From the NCBI GenBank assembly GCA_038231275.1, contig JBBRLQ010000014.1, forward strand, positions 1 to 64,000: a DNA stretch of 64,000 nucleotides, given 5' to 3'. Made by a program: the position numbers and the translations under genes. Source of the stretch: Polyangiales bacterium. GTDB lineage: Bacteria; Myxococcota_A; Polyangia; Polyangiales; Polyangiaceae. The notes below the pieces were generated by a model. It did not search any database, was not told the origin of the DNA, and saw only the letters and a list, made by a program, of their open reading frames with translations. Shown in pieces: positions 27,479 through 37,019 of this stretch (positions within the stretch are counted from its first letter, which is position 1; each line of letters begins with the position of its first letter).

Positions 27479-28359
27479 TCTCGATCGAGGATTTTCGCGC
27501 CCGCGGCCGCTTCGTCGAGACCGTCGACGGCAAGGTCTTCGTCCTCGCGACCGGCAAGGAGGACCCGAAGGAGCCCCCGGTGCTCGTCCTCCACGGCTTC
27601 CCTACGTCGTCGTGGGATTTCGCGGACGCGATCGCGCGCATCGCACCGCGGCGTCGCGTCGTGGCACTCGATTTTCTGGGCTTCGGGTGGTCCGACAAGC
27701 CGCCCGACCTCGGCTACTCGCTGTTCGAGCAGGCCGACGCCGTGGTCGCCGTCGCGAAGGAGCTCGGCCTCCGGCGCGTGCACCTGTGGGCGCACGACAT
27801 GGGCACCAGCGTCGCCACGGAGCTGCTCGCGCGCCGCGAGCGCGGGAACCTGCCCTTCGAGATCGCGAGCCTCGTGCTGATGAACGGCAGCGTCCACATC
27901 GAGATGGCGCAGCTCACGGTCGGCCAGAGGGTCCTGAAGAGCCCGCTCGGTCCGCTCTTCGCGCGCCTCAACAACCGCCGCACGTTCAAGGCGCAGCTGC
28001 GTCGCGTCTTTGCGCGCCCGCCTTCGGACGCCGAGCTCGACGCGATGTGGGAGCTCTCCGCGCGCGAGGACGGTCCCGCGCGCTTCCCGCAGATCATCCG
28101 CTACACCGAGGAGCGCGCGCGCTTTCGCCGCCGCTGGATCGGCGCGCTCGAGCGCTTCGATCGCCCGGCGCTCGTCGCGTGGGGCCGGCTCGATCCTGTC
28201 GCGGTCCTGCCGATCGCCGAGCAGCTCGCGCGCGAGATCCCCGGCGCCGAGCTGCTCCTCTGGAACGACCTCGGCCACTACCCCCAGGTCGAAGACCCCG
28301 CGCGCGTCACGAAGGACGTCGAGGCCTTCTGGGATCGCGTCACACTTCCTCCGCCGTGA
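27475..28359 (+). CDS. Alpha/beta fold hydrolase (MEST/epoxide hydrolase-like)
   Basis: LHGFPTSSWD, DFLGFGWSDKP, AHDMG Asp nucleophile, GHYPQVE; ATGA overlap with upstream gene. Confidence 0.88.
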   Translation: MISIEDFRARGRFVETVDGKVFVLATGKEDPKEPPVLVLHGFPTSSWDFADAIARIAPRRRVVALDFLGFGWSDKPPDLGYSLFEQADAVVAVAKELGLRRVHLWAHDMGTSVATELLARRERGNLPFEIASLVLMNGSVHIEMAQLTVGQRVLKSPLGPLFARLNNRRTFKAQLRRVFARPPSDAELDAMWELSAREDGPARFPQIIRYTEERARFRRRWIGALERFDRPALVAWGRLDPVAVLPIAEQLAREIPGAELLLWNDLGHYPQVEDPARVTKDVEAFWDRVTLPPP

Positions 28360-29248
28360 ACGCCAGGACGCGTGCGATCTCCGTGGTGCCGCACGCGAGC
28401 GCGACGAGGCGATCGAGGCCCAGCGCGTTGCCTCCCGCAGTGCCACCCCGCGACGAGATCGTGGCGAGCGCAGTCAGCAGCTTCTCGTCGATGGGGTAGA
28501 CGACGAGGCCGCGCGCGCGACGAGCGTCTTGATCGGCGACGAACCGCGCGCGCTGCTCGACAGGATCCGTCAGCTCGCCGAAGCCGTTGCACAGCTCTAC
28601 GCCCGCGACGTAACACTCGAAGCGCTCGGCGACGCGCGGATCGCTGGGTTTTTTGCGGGCGAGCGAGGCCTGGCTCGCCGGGTACTCGGTCAACATCACG
28701 CCGTGGCCCACCGCCGCGAGCGCCGGCTCGACGCGATCCACGAGGAGCTTGAAGTACGTGTCTTCGTCGTCCGCCGCGAGGCGCAGCGTCTCGTCTGCGG
28801 GCGTCCCGGCCCAGCGCGCGTACGCGTCGCACACCGTGACGCGCTCGAACGGCGGCGTCACGTCGATGGCGCGATCGTCCACGTGCACGACGCCCCCGGT
28901 GACGCTCGCGACGAGCTCTTCGGTGTCGCGCATCACGTCGTCGACAGTGCCGCCGCTCCGATACCACTCGAGGATCGAGAACTCCGGGTTGTGTCGCGCG
29001 CCGAGCTCGCCGCGCCGGAACGCCGTCGTGATTTGGAAGATGGTCGTCCACCCGTCGGCGAGCAGGCGCTTCATTTGGTATTCGGGCGACGTTCCGAGCC
29101 AGGCGTCGCCGGCCGGGATCGCCTCGAGGTGCAGATCCATTCCAGGGGAGGGGACGACGATCGGCGTCTCGACCTCGAGAAATCCGCGGGCGTCGAAGAA
29201 CGCGCGGACCGCCTTGACGATGCGCGCGCGTTCGGCGAGGAGCTTCAT
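28340..29248 (-). CDS. epmA: EF-P lysine aminoacylase EpmA (GenX/PoxA)
   Basis: LEVETP, TSPEYQMKRLL, HNPEFSILEWY, ERFECY, ELCNGFGELTD, ALGLDRL; no anticodon-binding domain. Confidence 0.92.
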   Translation of the reverse strand: MKLLAERARIVKAVRAFFDARGFLEVETPIVVPSPGMDLHLEAIPAGDAWLGTSPEYQMKRLLADGWTTIFQITTAFRRGELGARHNPEFSILEWYRSGGTVDDVMRDTEELVASVTGGVVHVDDRAIDVTPPFERVTVCDAYARWAGTPADETLRLAADDEDTYFKLLVDRVEPALAAVGHGVMLTEYPASQASLARKKPSDPRVAERFECYVAGVELCNGFGELTDPVEQRARFVADQDARRARGLVVYPIDEKLLTALATISSRGGTAGGNALGLDRLVALACGTTEIARVLAFTAEEV

Positions 29249-29916
29249 CGCGCGGGCGCGGTCTTGGGAGCGTGGGGCGAGAGCCCACGAAGGAACACGT
29301 CGGCGAGCTGCCCGGCCGCGCGAACGAGGCCGCCCTGGTCGGCGCGCCCAAGCGCCCACGTCAGCGCGACGCCATCGAGCGCGCCGAACAAGGACCGCGC
29401 GACCAAGTGCGGTGACACGTCGCTCCGGAAGTCTCCATGGGCTTGCCCCTCGGCCACGATCCGCGCGATCGCGTCGAGGTACGCGATGAAGCGCGGCGCC
29501 GCGTACTCCTTCATGAGCTTGGTCGACTGACGGAGGATGACGGTGATGACCTCCGCCAGATCGCGCTCGCCCTCGAGCAATCCAAGCTGCATCTCGATGA
29601 CGCCGCGAAGCTTCTCCGGTGCGGTCTCGTGCTTCGGCAGCTCTTCGCGCATGAACGCGAGGAGGCGCTCGACGCGATCCTCGAAGAGCGAGACGAGCAG
29701 CTCGTCCTTGCTCTTGAAGTAGAGGTAGATCGTCCCGTCGGCGACGCCCGCGGCCTTCGCCACCTCGCTCACGCGCGTCGCGTAGAAGCCGCTCTTCGCG
29801 AAGACCTTCACGGCGGCCTTCAGGATCCGCTCGCGCTTGTCGCCGGATCGCCGCCCGCTCGGCGCCGCCTTGGCGGGCTTCTTGGCCTTCCTGGAAGTGA
29901 GTGAGGATTCACTCAT
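29245..29916 (-). CDS. TetR-family regulator, FadR (Bacillus YsiA)-like
   Basis: HTH VAKAAGVADGTIYLYFKSKDELLVSLF closely resembles the YsiA/FadR HTH. Confidence 0.88.
   Translation of the reverse strand: MSESSLTSRKAKKPAKAAPSGRRSGDKRERILKAAVKVFAKSGFYATRVSEVAKAAGVADGTIYLYFKSKDELLVSLFEDRVERLLAFMREELPKHETAPEKLRGVIEMQLGLLEGERDLAEVITVILRQSTKLMKEYAAPRFIAYLDAIARIVAEGQAHGDFRSDVSPHLVARSLFGALDGVALTWALGRADQGGLVRAAGQLADVFLRGLSPHAPKTAPAR
29898..29915. promoter_or_regulatory. Palindromic operator TGAGTGA-N4-TCACTCA overlapping the TetR start codon
   Basis: Perfect 7-bp inverted repeat with 4-nt spacer; same layout as the Bacillus FadR box TGAATGA-N4-TCATTCA. Confidence 0.7.
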
Positions 29917-30011
29917 TGTCAGGACCGACGAGTAGCAAGCTGCAGATTCCCGGTCAATCGAGCGGAAGTCGTTTGAGCGTTGCGGCGGAACGATAGCGGC
30001 CCCGCGGAGGG

Positions 30012-30275
30012 CTAGCGAACGGCGGCGAGGAGGAACATGCGCTCGGCGAAGGCGCCGATCTGGTGGCCGATCCACGGCGCGAGCGCCACGATCCCGGCGA
30101 CCACGGCAAGCAGACGAGGCAGGTGCGCGATCGTCGGATCCTGAATTTGCGACGCCGCCTGAAACGCCGCGACGATCAGCCCCACGAGCGCGGCGATGCC
30201 GATGATCGGGAGCGCGACGGCGACCGACAAGAGGAGCGCCTCCTGCGCGTGCTGGAGGAGCGTCGTCGCGGGCAC
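30012..30275 (-). CDS. FliQ/SctS (EscS) family type III export-gate small subunit
   Basis: 87 aa, two hydrophobic helices, signature VGLIVAAFQAASQIQDPTI..LPRL....APW. Confidence 0.82.
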   Translation of the reverse strand: MPATTLLQHAQEALLLSVAVALPIIGIAALVGLIVAAFQAASQIQDPTIAHLPRLLAVVAGIVALAPWIGHQIGAFAERMFLLAAVR

Positions 30276-30277
30276 GA

Positions 30278-30694
30278 TCAGCCGTCCGCGGGGGCGTCAG
30301 CGGCGCCGGTGTCGGCCGGCGTCGCGGTGTCGGTGCCGGTGTCTTTGGGCGCCGCGTCGGTCCCCGTCTCGCTCGGCGTCACGTCGGCGGCGGTGCTCCC
30401 GTCGCTGGGGAGGCCGGAGTCGATGCCGATCGCGGTTTGAACCGCGCACACCGGCGTCGTGGCCTGCGTGCGATCGGCGGGGCAGCAGCGGTCGGTGCTG
30501 TTTGCGGTGCCGTTGAGCTGGCCGGCCGGCGTGCACACGAGGCTCCCGGCGCAGTCGTCGTTGCCGTTGTTGTCGGCGAGCGTGCTGCACCGCTCGCCCT
30601 CGCCCTGTCCGGAGCACGCCGCAGCGAACGCCACCGCGCCGATCACGACCAGGCCAAAGACGAAGGGAACGAAGCGGCTCTTCCGGAGCGTCAT
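30278..30694 (-). CDS. Small Cys-rich lipoprotein
   Basis: Lipobox AAAC; Cys-rich core (ERC..DDC..LVC..RCC..VC); Asp/Thr-rich tail. Confidence 0.72.
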   Translation of the reverse strand: MTLRKSRFVPFVFGLVVIGAVAFAAACSGQGEGERCSTLADNNGNDDCAGSLVCTPAGQLNGTANSTDRCCPADRTQATTPVCAVQTAIGIDSGLPSDGSTAADVTPSETGTDAAPKDTGTDTATPADTGAADAPADG

Positions 30695-30704
30695 TTCGGC
30701 GGTC

Positions 30705-30733
30705 AACGTAGTCGTAGACCCGTGAAGTGTAAA
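30705..30733 (-). promoter_or_regulatory. Sigma70-type promoter TTTACA-N17-TACGTT with upstream T-tract
   Basis: -35 at 30733-30728, -10 at 30710-30705, 17-nt spacer; 10 nt from the ATG at 30694. Confidence 0.6.
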
Positions 30734-30752
30734 CCCCTGAAAAAATTCCTGA

Positions 30753-31469
30753 TCACGCGCCGTCGCCTAGATCGCGCGTGGAAGCGCGCTCCTTCAGATT
30801 GGCCTCCTTCGCCTCGACCGTCGAGCCGAAGAGGCGCGTGTACTCGACGGCGCTCGCGACCGAGAAGACGAGCGACAAGTAGACGAGCGCGCGGCCGACC
30901 TTGACGACGTCGACCACGCCGAGATCGATGCCGACGTAGTTGAGGTGGTAGGGGAAGCCGAGGATGAGGGCGATGATGCCGATCATCTGGAGGGCGGTCT
31001 TGACCTTGCCCTCTTGCCCCGCCGAAATGACGACGCCCTCGCTCGCGGCGATGCTGCGGAGACCGGTCACGCTGATCTCGCGGCCGAGGAGGATGACGAC
31101 GATCCACGCTTGGATGCGCCCCATCGGCACCATCCAGATGAGGCACGCCATCACGATGAGCTTGTCGGCGAGCGGGTCCAAGAATTTGCCGAGGACGCTC
31201 ACGACGCCGAGCTTGCGCGCGAGGTAGCCGTCCAAGATGTCCGTGATCGCGGCGAGCGTGAAGATGAGCGCCGACCAGAAGCAGTCCCGTGGCGTGTTGC
31301 GGTCGAGGAACCAGAGGCACACCGGGATCATCACGATGCGCGCCATCGTGAGGAGGTTCGGGAGGTTCAGCGCATCCTCGGCGAGCGAGCGGCGTCGCTC
31401 GCGTCGCTCTTCGACGCTCGGCTTCGTGCGGGAGGTGCCCGGCGCGGTCACGACACGAAGAGGTATCAC
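30753..31469 (-). CDS. pgsA: CDP-diacylglycerol--glycerol-3-phosphate 3-phosphatidyltransferase
   Basis: NLPNLLTMAR; CDP-alcohol motif DILDGYLAR...GKFLDPLADK; GKVKT. Confidence 0.92.
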   Translation of the reverse strand: MIPLRVVTAPGTSRTKPSVEERRERRRSLAEDALNLPNLLTMARIVMIPVCLWFLDRNTPRDCFWSALIFTLAAITDILDGYLARKLGVVSVLGKFLDPLADKLIVMACLIWMVPMGRIQAWIVVILLGREISVTGLRSIAASEGVVISAGQEGKVKTALQMIGIIALILGFPYHLNYVGIDLGVVDVVKVGRALVYLSLVFSVASAVEYTRLFGSTVEAKEANLKERASTRDLGDGA

Positions 31470-32968
31470 ATCGACGCGACGAGCACGGTGCCCTCGCCGA
31501 CGAAGCTGAGGAGGCCGCGCTGTCCGGCGGGGGCCTCGGCGGCGGGGAGGACGCGCGGGACGAGGCGCCCGAGCCAGCCGGCGATCGCGTCGCGCCTCAC
31601 CGTGACCGGCCGCGACGCGCTGACAGGGATCGCTCCGAGCGGCGCCGCGAGCTCGAGGAGGACGACGCCCTCGCCGCGGAGCTGCACGACGCGCACCGCC
31701 TCGGTGTCGCCTGCCGAGAGCTTGCCGTTCTCGAAGGTGAGCGAAAGATCGAAGCCGAGGAGGTGCTCTTCGCGCACGTACGCCGGCGCCTCCTCGAGCT
31801 TCAACGCCACGATGAAATGCTTCGCGCGCGCGCACACGACGAGGCCCGCGGCGCCAGAGACCTTGACGATCGGCGCGACGAGGCCGCCCAGCGGTTCGCC
31901 CGACGCTTTGTCGCGCGAGCGTCGATCGAGCACGACCGACGTCGCGGCGCCCATGAACGCGCGGATCGCCTCGAGGCGCACCGCGAACGGCTTTTCGTCC
32001 GACGTGGTGACGAGCGCGCTGGCGTCGCCGTGCAGGAGGACGCCGGCCGCGTCGGGGAAGGGGAGGCGCGCCGCGGCGAGCGCGTCGGTGACGCGCGGCG
32101 GCGCGCGCGAAGGACTAGGTCGTGCCGGCGCATCGCCTGGCGAAACCCCGGGGAGCGTCGCCGGAGCCGGCACCGTCACCTGCGCGCGGAGATCGCCCTG
32201 CGCCTTCACGAGCGGCGGCTCGGAGCGCCGGATTTCGGGCGAGTCGTGCGGGCGCGCGGGGACCGTGATCTGCGCGGTGCCCATCTCGACTGCACGCCAC
32301 GGCGCGCCGCCGGCGTCGATCCCGGCAGGCGAGGGCGCCGCGAGAGAGAAGCTCAGCTCGCCTGCGTCGAGCTCCTGGAACGCGACGCCTGCGGCCTGAC
32401 GCACTTCGCGCTGCTCGTTCGCCGGCGGCGGTGGTGGCGCGCTCGGTCGCAAGCTCGGCGGCCTTTGCGCGAGTCGACGTGCCATGTGCGCGTGCCCGCC
32501 GCGCTCGAACGCCTCTTGTGCGCGCACGAGATCCCCCGTGCGCTCGTACGCGAGGCCGAGGTACCCCCACGCGCGCTTGTGATCGGGCTGCGCCTTGACG
32601 AGCGCCTCGAGCTCTTCGCGCGCGCGGCCCGCCTGCGACGTCTTCAAGTAGCAGAGCGCGAGGTTCAGTCGCAGGCTCGGCTCGCGCGGGTTCTGGTTAC
32701 GGAGCGTCTCGTAAATTTGCGTCGCGCGCGGGTAGAGGCCGAGCCGGAAGTAGACGACCGCGAGGAGATCCTGGCCCTTCGCGTCGCGCGGCTGGTAGGT
32801 GAGCGCGCGCTCGAGTGACTCCTTCGCCTCGTGGACGCGATCGTCCTGCAGGAGCTCGCTGCCGCGATAAAGGTGAAAGAGGAAATCCTCGTCCGCAACC
32901 TCGCGCCCCGAATCCGCCGACGGCGGCTGCGCGGTAATGCGCGGCTCGGGGAGGAGGGGATCGACCAT
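31466..32968 (-). CDS. TPR + AIM24-like domain protein
   Basis: N-terminal TPRs; Pro-rich linker; C-terminal YVREEHLLGFD..L.FENG...G.G pattern. Confidence 0.68.
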   Translation of the reverse strand: MVDPLLPEPRITAQPPSADSGREVADEDFLFHLYRGSELLQDDRVHEAKESLERALTYQPRDAKGQDLLAVVYFRLGLYPRATQIYETLRNQNPREPSLRLNLALCYLKTSQAGRAREELEALVKAQPDHKRAWGYLGLAYERTGDLVRAQEAFERGGHAHMARRLAQRPPSLRPSAPPPPPANEQREVRQAAGVAFQELDAGELSFSLAAPSPAGIDAGGAPWRAVEMGTAQITVPARPHDSPEIRRSEPPLVKAQGDLRAQVTVPAPATLPGVSPGDAPARPSPSRAPPRVTDALAAARLPFPDAAGVLLHGDASALVTTSDEKPFAVRLEAIRAFMGAATSVVLDRRSRDKASGEPLGGLVAPIVKVSGAAGLVVCARAKHFIVALKLEEAPAYVREEHLLGFDLSLTFENGKLSAGDTEAVRVVQLRGEGVVLLELAAPLGAIPVSASRPVTVRRDAIAGWLGRLVPRVLPAAEAPAGQRGLLSFVGEGTVLVASM

Positions 32969-33055
32969 CGTCCACGCAGTGTATGGCCTTTTGGGGCATC
33001 GCGTCGCGGCTCGAAAGCGGTGGCCGGTTTCGGGGCTCATGTCATGGTGGGAGGA

Positions 33056-34171
33056 ATGTCGGTAGTGCGCCTGTTTGCGCGTCCCCTCACGCGTCCTCTG
33101 ACGATTGGCCTGATTTCCTGCTTGCCAGCGCTGTTCGGTGCCTGCGGCGGCAGCTCAGGAAGCGACACGACCGGCCAGCTCCCCGGCGACGACGCGGGCG
33201 ATGGAACCGACGGCGCCGCAGCGGACGGCCGCGGCGGCGACGGAGGCGGAGGCAGCGACGGAAACGGCGCCGGCTCGGACGGCAACAACGGCAGCGACGC
33301 GACCGATCCCAACCGCATCCAGACGGTCTTCGTCATCATGATGGAGAACCACAGCTGGGACACGATCGACGGCAGCGACAAGGCCGTGTTCATCAAATCG
33401 CTCCTCCCCCTCGGCGGGCACGCCGAGCAATACTCGACGCCGCCGGCCAATCACCCGAGCGAGCCGAATTACATATGGCTCGAGTCGGGCGGCACGCTCG
33501 GCATCACGACCGACGATCCTCCGGGGACGAACCACAAGCCCGACAAAGACCACCTCGTGACGCTCCTCGACAAGGCGGGCATCGGCTGGAAGGCCTACGT
33601 CGAGGAGATCGACGGCAAGAGCTGTCCGCTCACCGACTCGGGCAAGTACGTCACGCGCCACACGCCGATGCTCTTCTTCGACGACGTGACCGACGGCAAC
33701 TCCTCGACGTCGGCGAACTGCATCGCGCACGTACGGCCGTACGCCGAGCTCGCCGCCGATCTGACGGCCAACAAGGTCGCCCGTTACAACTTCATCACGC
33801 CGAACTTGTGCAACGACATGCACGGCCTCTCCCTCTCGTGCGGGACGGCGAACTTCGACGAGATCGGCGCCGGCGACGATTGGCTGAAGGCGGAGGTGCC
33901 GAAGATCCTCGCCTCCGACGCCTACAAGAAGAACGGGGTGCTCTTCATCGCGTGGGACGAAGGGGACGAAAGCGTCGTCTCGGGCGCGAGCGACGGTCCG
34001 CTGCCGTTCATCGTCCTGTCGCCCAAGGCCAAGGCCGGTTTCGCGAGCAAGACCAAGCTCACGCACAGCTCGCTCCTCCGCTCGGTGCAAGAGATCTTCG
34101 GCGTCACGCCGCTCCTGCGCGACGCGCAAAACGCCACCAACCTGGGCGAGTTCTTCACGAGCTTCCCTTGA
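33056..34171 (+). CDS. Phosphoesterase-family (acid phosphatase/phospholipase C) lipoprotein
   Basis: Lipobox FGAC; VFVIMMENHS, HPSEPNY, ITPNLCNDMH, AWDE, HSSLLRS. Confidence 0.85.
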   Translation: MSVVRLFARPLTRPLTIGLISCLPALFGACGGSSGSDTTGQLPGDDAGDGTDGAAADGRGGDGGGGSDGNGAGSDGNNGSDATDPNRIQTVFVIMMENHSWDTIDGSDKAVFIKSLLPLGGHAEQYSTPPANHPSEPNYIWLESGGTLGITTDDPPGTNHKPDKDHLVTLLDKAGIGWKAYVEEIDGKSCPLTDSGKYVTRHTPMLFFDDVTDGNSSTSANCIAHVRPYAELAADLTANKVARYNFITPNLCNDMHGLSLSCGTANFDEIGAGDDWLKAEVPKILASDAYKKNGVLFIAWDEGDESVVSGASDGPLPFIVLSPKAKAGFASKTKLTHSSLLRSVQEIFGVTPLLRDAQNATNLGEFFTSFP

Positions 34172-34244
34172 GCTTTCGCGTGCATCCACTACAACCCTGT
34201 TGGCGGAAACCGCAAGGCGTGGTTGGATTCGTCGCCATCAGCCC

Positions 34245-35231
34245 ATGACGATCAACAAGCGTCGCTCGCGCCTGCGCAGAAGCAACACGCCGCCCCCGCC
34301 GGCCGCGGGTGAGCGCCGCCCGTCGCAGCTGCCGATCCCGCCGCCCGCGCCGCTGCCCGACGACACCTACGAAGAAGAAGACGACGGGCGAGTCTCGTAC
34401 GATCCGACGCCTGCGCCGCCGCCGGTCGCCCCACCTCGCGCAGAGCTGGCCGTGAAAGCGGCGGCGATGCCCCCGCCCGCCGTGGAGGAGCCGGAGGACG
34501 AGGAAGAACACGACGAGGAGGAAGAGGAAGACCCCGCCGCCAAGGCGAAGGAGGAAGAAGAAGCGGAGCGGGAGGAAGAAGAAGAAGAGGACGAAGAGGA
34601 AGAAGAAGAAGAGGCACCGCCAGCCCCGCGCGCCGCGCCCGCTCGGTCTGCCGCGCCACGTGCGGCCGCGCGCGCACCCGAGCCCGAGGAAGAGGTGGTC
34701 GCTGCCGAGCCTGCTGCGGAAGACGCGCCGACCGAAGTCGACGCCGAGGCGATCGCTCCGGGCGAGCCCAAGCCCACTCCGCGCTGGATTCCGATCGCGC
34801 TGCTCGTGGCCACCCTCGTCGGCGTTCTCTTGTGGGTAAAGTTTCATCGGCGTGAGGCGCCGCCGCAGCGCCCGGTCGAGACGCCGATCGCATCCGCGAC
34901 CGTCTCGGCGCCGCCGCGCATCCCGGTGCTCTTGACCAGCGAGCCCGAGGTCAATCGCGCGCTCGACGATGCATCGGTTCTCGATTTCGAGGCCGCGAAG
35001 GTCGAACGGAAGCAGGCTGTCATGGCGCTGGAGAAGCACGAGATCCCGAAGGCGGTGGATCTGGCGACGCAAGCGCTCGCGCACGATCCGCAGGACGCGG
35101 AGGGCTGGCTCATCCTCGGCGCCGCGCACCTTTACCGAGGCGACTACGCGGCGGCGCAGAAGGCGTTCAAGACGTGCGTCGAGATCGCCAAAGTCGGTCG
35201 CCGCGACGAGTGCGCCGCGTTGGCTCACTGA
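34245..35231 (+). CDS. Single-pass membrane protein with Glu-rich N-terminal tract and C-terminal TPR
   Basis: Poly-Glu/Pro region; TM WIPIALLVATLVGVLLWV; TPR AEGWLILGAAHLYRGDYAAA. Confidence 0.72.
   Translation: MTINKRRSRLRRSNTPPPPAAGERRPSQLPIPPPAPLPDDTYEEEDDGRVSYDPTPAPPPVAPPRAELAVKAAAMPPPAVEEPEDEEEHDEEEEEDPAAKAKEEEEAEREEEEEEDEEEEEEEAPPAPRAAPARSAAPRAAARAPEPEEEVVAAEPAAEDAPTEVDAEAIAPGEPKPTPRWIPIALLVATLVGVLLWVKFHRREAPPQRPVETPIASATVSAPPRIPVLLTSEPEVNRALDDASVLDFEAAKVERKQAVMALEKHEIPKAVDLATQALAHDPQDAEGWLILGAAHLYRGDYAAAQKAFKTCVEIAKVGRRDECAALAH
34490..34615 (+). repeat. Purine-rich (GAR)n low-complexity tract encoding poly-Glu
   Basis: gaggaagaagaagaagag runs. Confidence 0.8.
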
Positions 35232-35240
35232 AGGCGGGGC

Positions 35241-35996
35241 TCACCAGCGCTTGCGCGTGGTGGCGATGGCCAGCGCAGCGATGAGGCCGAGCGCGATCGT
35301 CGTGACCCAGCTGTCGGCGATCGCCGTGCCTTGGGTGGCGCGGAGATCGACGAGGGCGCCGGTGGCCAGGGACGTGCTCGCCCAGGCGAACGCCGCGTGC
35401 GCGCCCCACGCGAGCCACGCGCCGCGATCGCGGAGCCACAGCGCGCCGTACGCGATCCCTCCAAAAAATGCGCCCGCCAGCACCACGGGGGTCTCCGCGC
35501 CGTCGCCGTAGGCGGACGCGACCTCGGCGAGGCCGCACGCCGCGAGGCGCCCCCACGCCACGGTGCCGACCGGGAGGACGCGTAGGACGAGACCGCGAAG
35601 CAAGAGCTCGTCGCGCGCGGCGAGGAACGCCGGAATCACCAACCCCACCGCAGCGACGAGCGGCGACGGAATGTTGGGCGCGAGGTGCGCAGCCTTGAAG
35701 ACGATCACGATGGCCGCGACGACCGCCGCCGCCGAGAGGCCCATCCCGACGCCTCGCAGCGCCCGCATCGCGACGGCGCGCGTCGTCGGGATCGGCGCGA
35801 GCGGATCGCTCCACGCGATCCCGAGCCGGCCTGCCCCCCACTCGGCGATCACGGTCTGCACGATCGCCGCCGCCGCGCCGTACTGCGCGAGGAACGCTCC
35901 GGCGAAGCGCGCCGCGGCGTACACCGCCGTGCCCCACATCGCGAGGCGGGCCGATGCACGCAGGGCGGCGCGGCGATCGGCGTCCGACGTGCTCAC
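35241..35996 (-). CDS. CPBP/Abi (CAAX protease-like) intramembrane protein
   Basis: Multiple TM helices; DELLLRG variant of EExxxR; AWGAHAAF; overlap with upstream gene. Confidence 0.6.
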   Translation of the reverse strand: MSTSDADRRAALRASARLAMWGTAVYAAARFAGAFLAQYGAAAAIVQTVIAEWGAGRLGIAWSDPLAPIPTTRAVAMRALRGVGMGLSAAAVVAAIVIVFKAAHLAPNIPSPLVAAVGLVIPAFLAARDELLLRGLVLRVLPVGTVAWGRLAACGLAEVASAYGDGAETPVVLAGAFFGGIAYGALWLRDRGAWLAWGAHAAFAWASTSLATGALVDLRATQGTAIADSWVTTIALGLIAALAIATTRKRW

Positions 35997-37012
35997 AGCG
36001 CCTCCGCGAGATCGTCCCCTTGCGCGAGGAGCCCTGGTAGCCCCCCGGTGTGCAGGAACAGCACGCGCGCGCCGCTCTTCACCTCGCCGCGCTCCAGTGC
36101 GCGCGACAGGCCGTAGAGCGCCTTGCCGGTGTAGACCGGATCGAGGATCGTCCCGCTCGTGCGCGCGACCTCGATCAAGAAGCGCTTCTGCGCGTCGTCC
36201 ATCACACCGTAGCCGGGCCCCTTCGAGCGATCGTCGAACGTCAGCGGGGCCGGCGCCGGCAGCGACGGATCCAGCGCGCGCGCTTCGCCCACGATACGCG
36301 TCGTGACGTGCTCGAAGTACGCGGCGTCGTCGCAGACGCATACCGCCCGCACCGCCTTCGCCGACTCGTGCTTCGCGGCTCCGAGCGCGACGCCGACCGC
36401 GGTGCCCCCCGATCCGCACGCATGCACCACGAGATCGAACGCCGTACGCGGCCCCGCGAGCCCGAGATCGATCTGACGACGCACCTCTTCCATCGCGTCG
36501 ACGTACCCGAGAGAGCCGAGCCCGTTCGAGCCTCCCTCCGGGATCACGTACGGCCGCTCGCCCGCGCGCGCCAGCTCTTGCGCCGCGCTCTCCATCACCG
36601 CGCCGCGCTGGGAGTAGTCCTGGGTCGAGATCAGCCGGATCTCTGCGCCGACGAGGCGATCGAGGAGCACGTTGCCGGTGCGCGGCAAAGCGTCTTTGAC
36701 CGCCGGCCGCTCGGCGCTCGTCGGACCGCTTCGCACGCGCAGAAAAAGCACGGTGCGCATGCCGAGCTGCGCCGCCACGATCGCCGTCGCGCGCGCGTGG
36801 TTCGACTGAACACCGCCGCACGTGAGGATGACCGTCGACCTCTTCTCGACCGCGTCGCCCATGAGGTACTCGAGCTTGCGGATCTTGTTCCCCGACTCGG
36901 CGCCGCCCGACGCGTCGTCGCGCTTGATCCACAGCTCGACGCCGAGCCGTTCGTCGAGCGCCTTGCGGCGGACGATCGGCGTAGGGGCGTGAATCAGGGG
37001 AATTCGGTGCAT
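35993..37012 (-). CDS. D-cysteine desulfhydrase / ACC deaminase family PLP enzyme
   Basis: KRDD, GNKIRKL, QSNHAR, IPEGGS, GSGGT, LDPVYTGK, HTGG. Confidence 0.9.
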   Translation of the reverse strand: MHRIPLIHAPTPIVRRKALDERLGVELWIKRDDASGGAESGNKIRKLEYLMGDAVEKRSTVILTCGGVQSNHARATAIVAAQLGMRTVLFLRVRSGPTSAERPAVKDALPRTGNVLLDRLVGAEIRLISTQDYSQRGAVMESAAQELARAGERPYVIPEGGSNGLGSLGYVDAMEEVRRQIDLGLAGPRTAFDLVVHACGSGGTAVGVALGAAKHESAKAVRAVCVCDDAAYFEHVTTRIVGEARALDPSLPAPAPLTFDDRSKGPGYGVMDDAQKRFLIEVARTSGTILDPVYTGKALYGLSRALERGEVKSGARVLFLHTGGLPGLLAQGDDLAEAL

Positions 37013-37019
37013 TGGCGGC

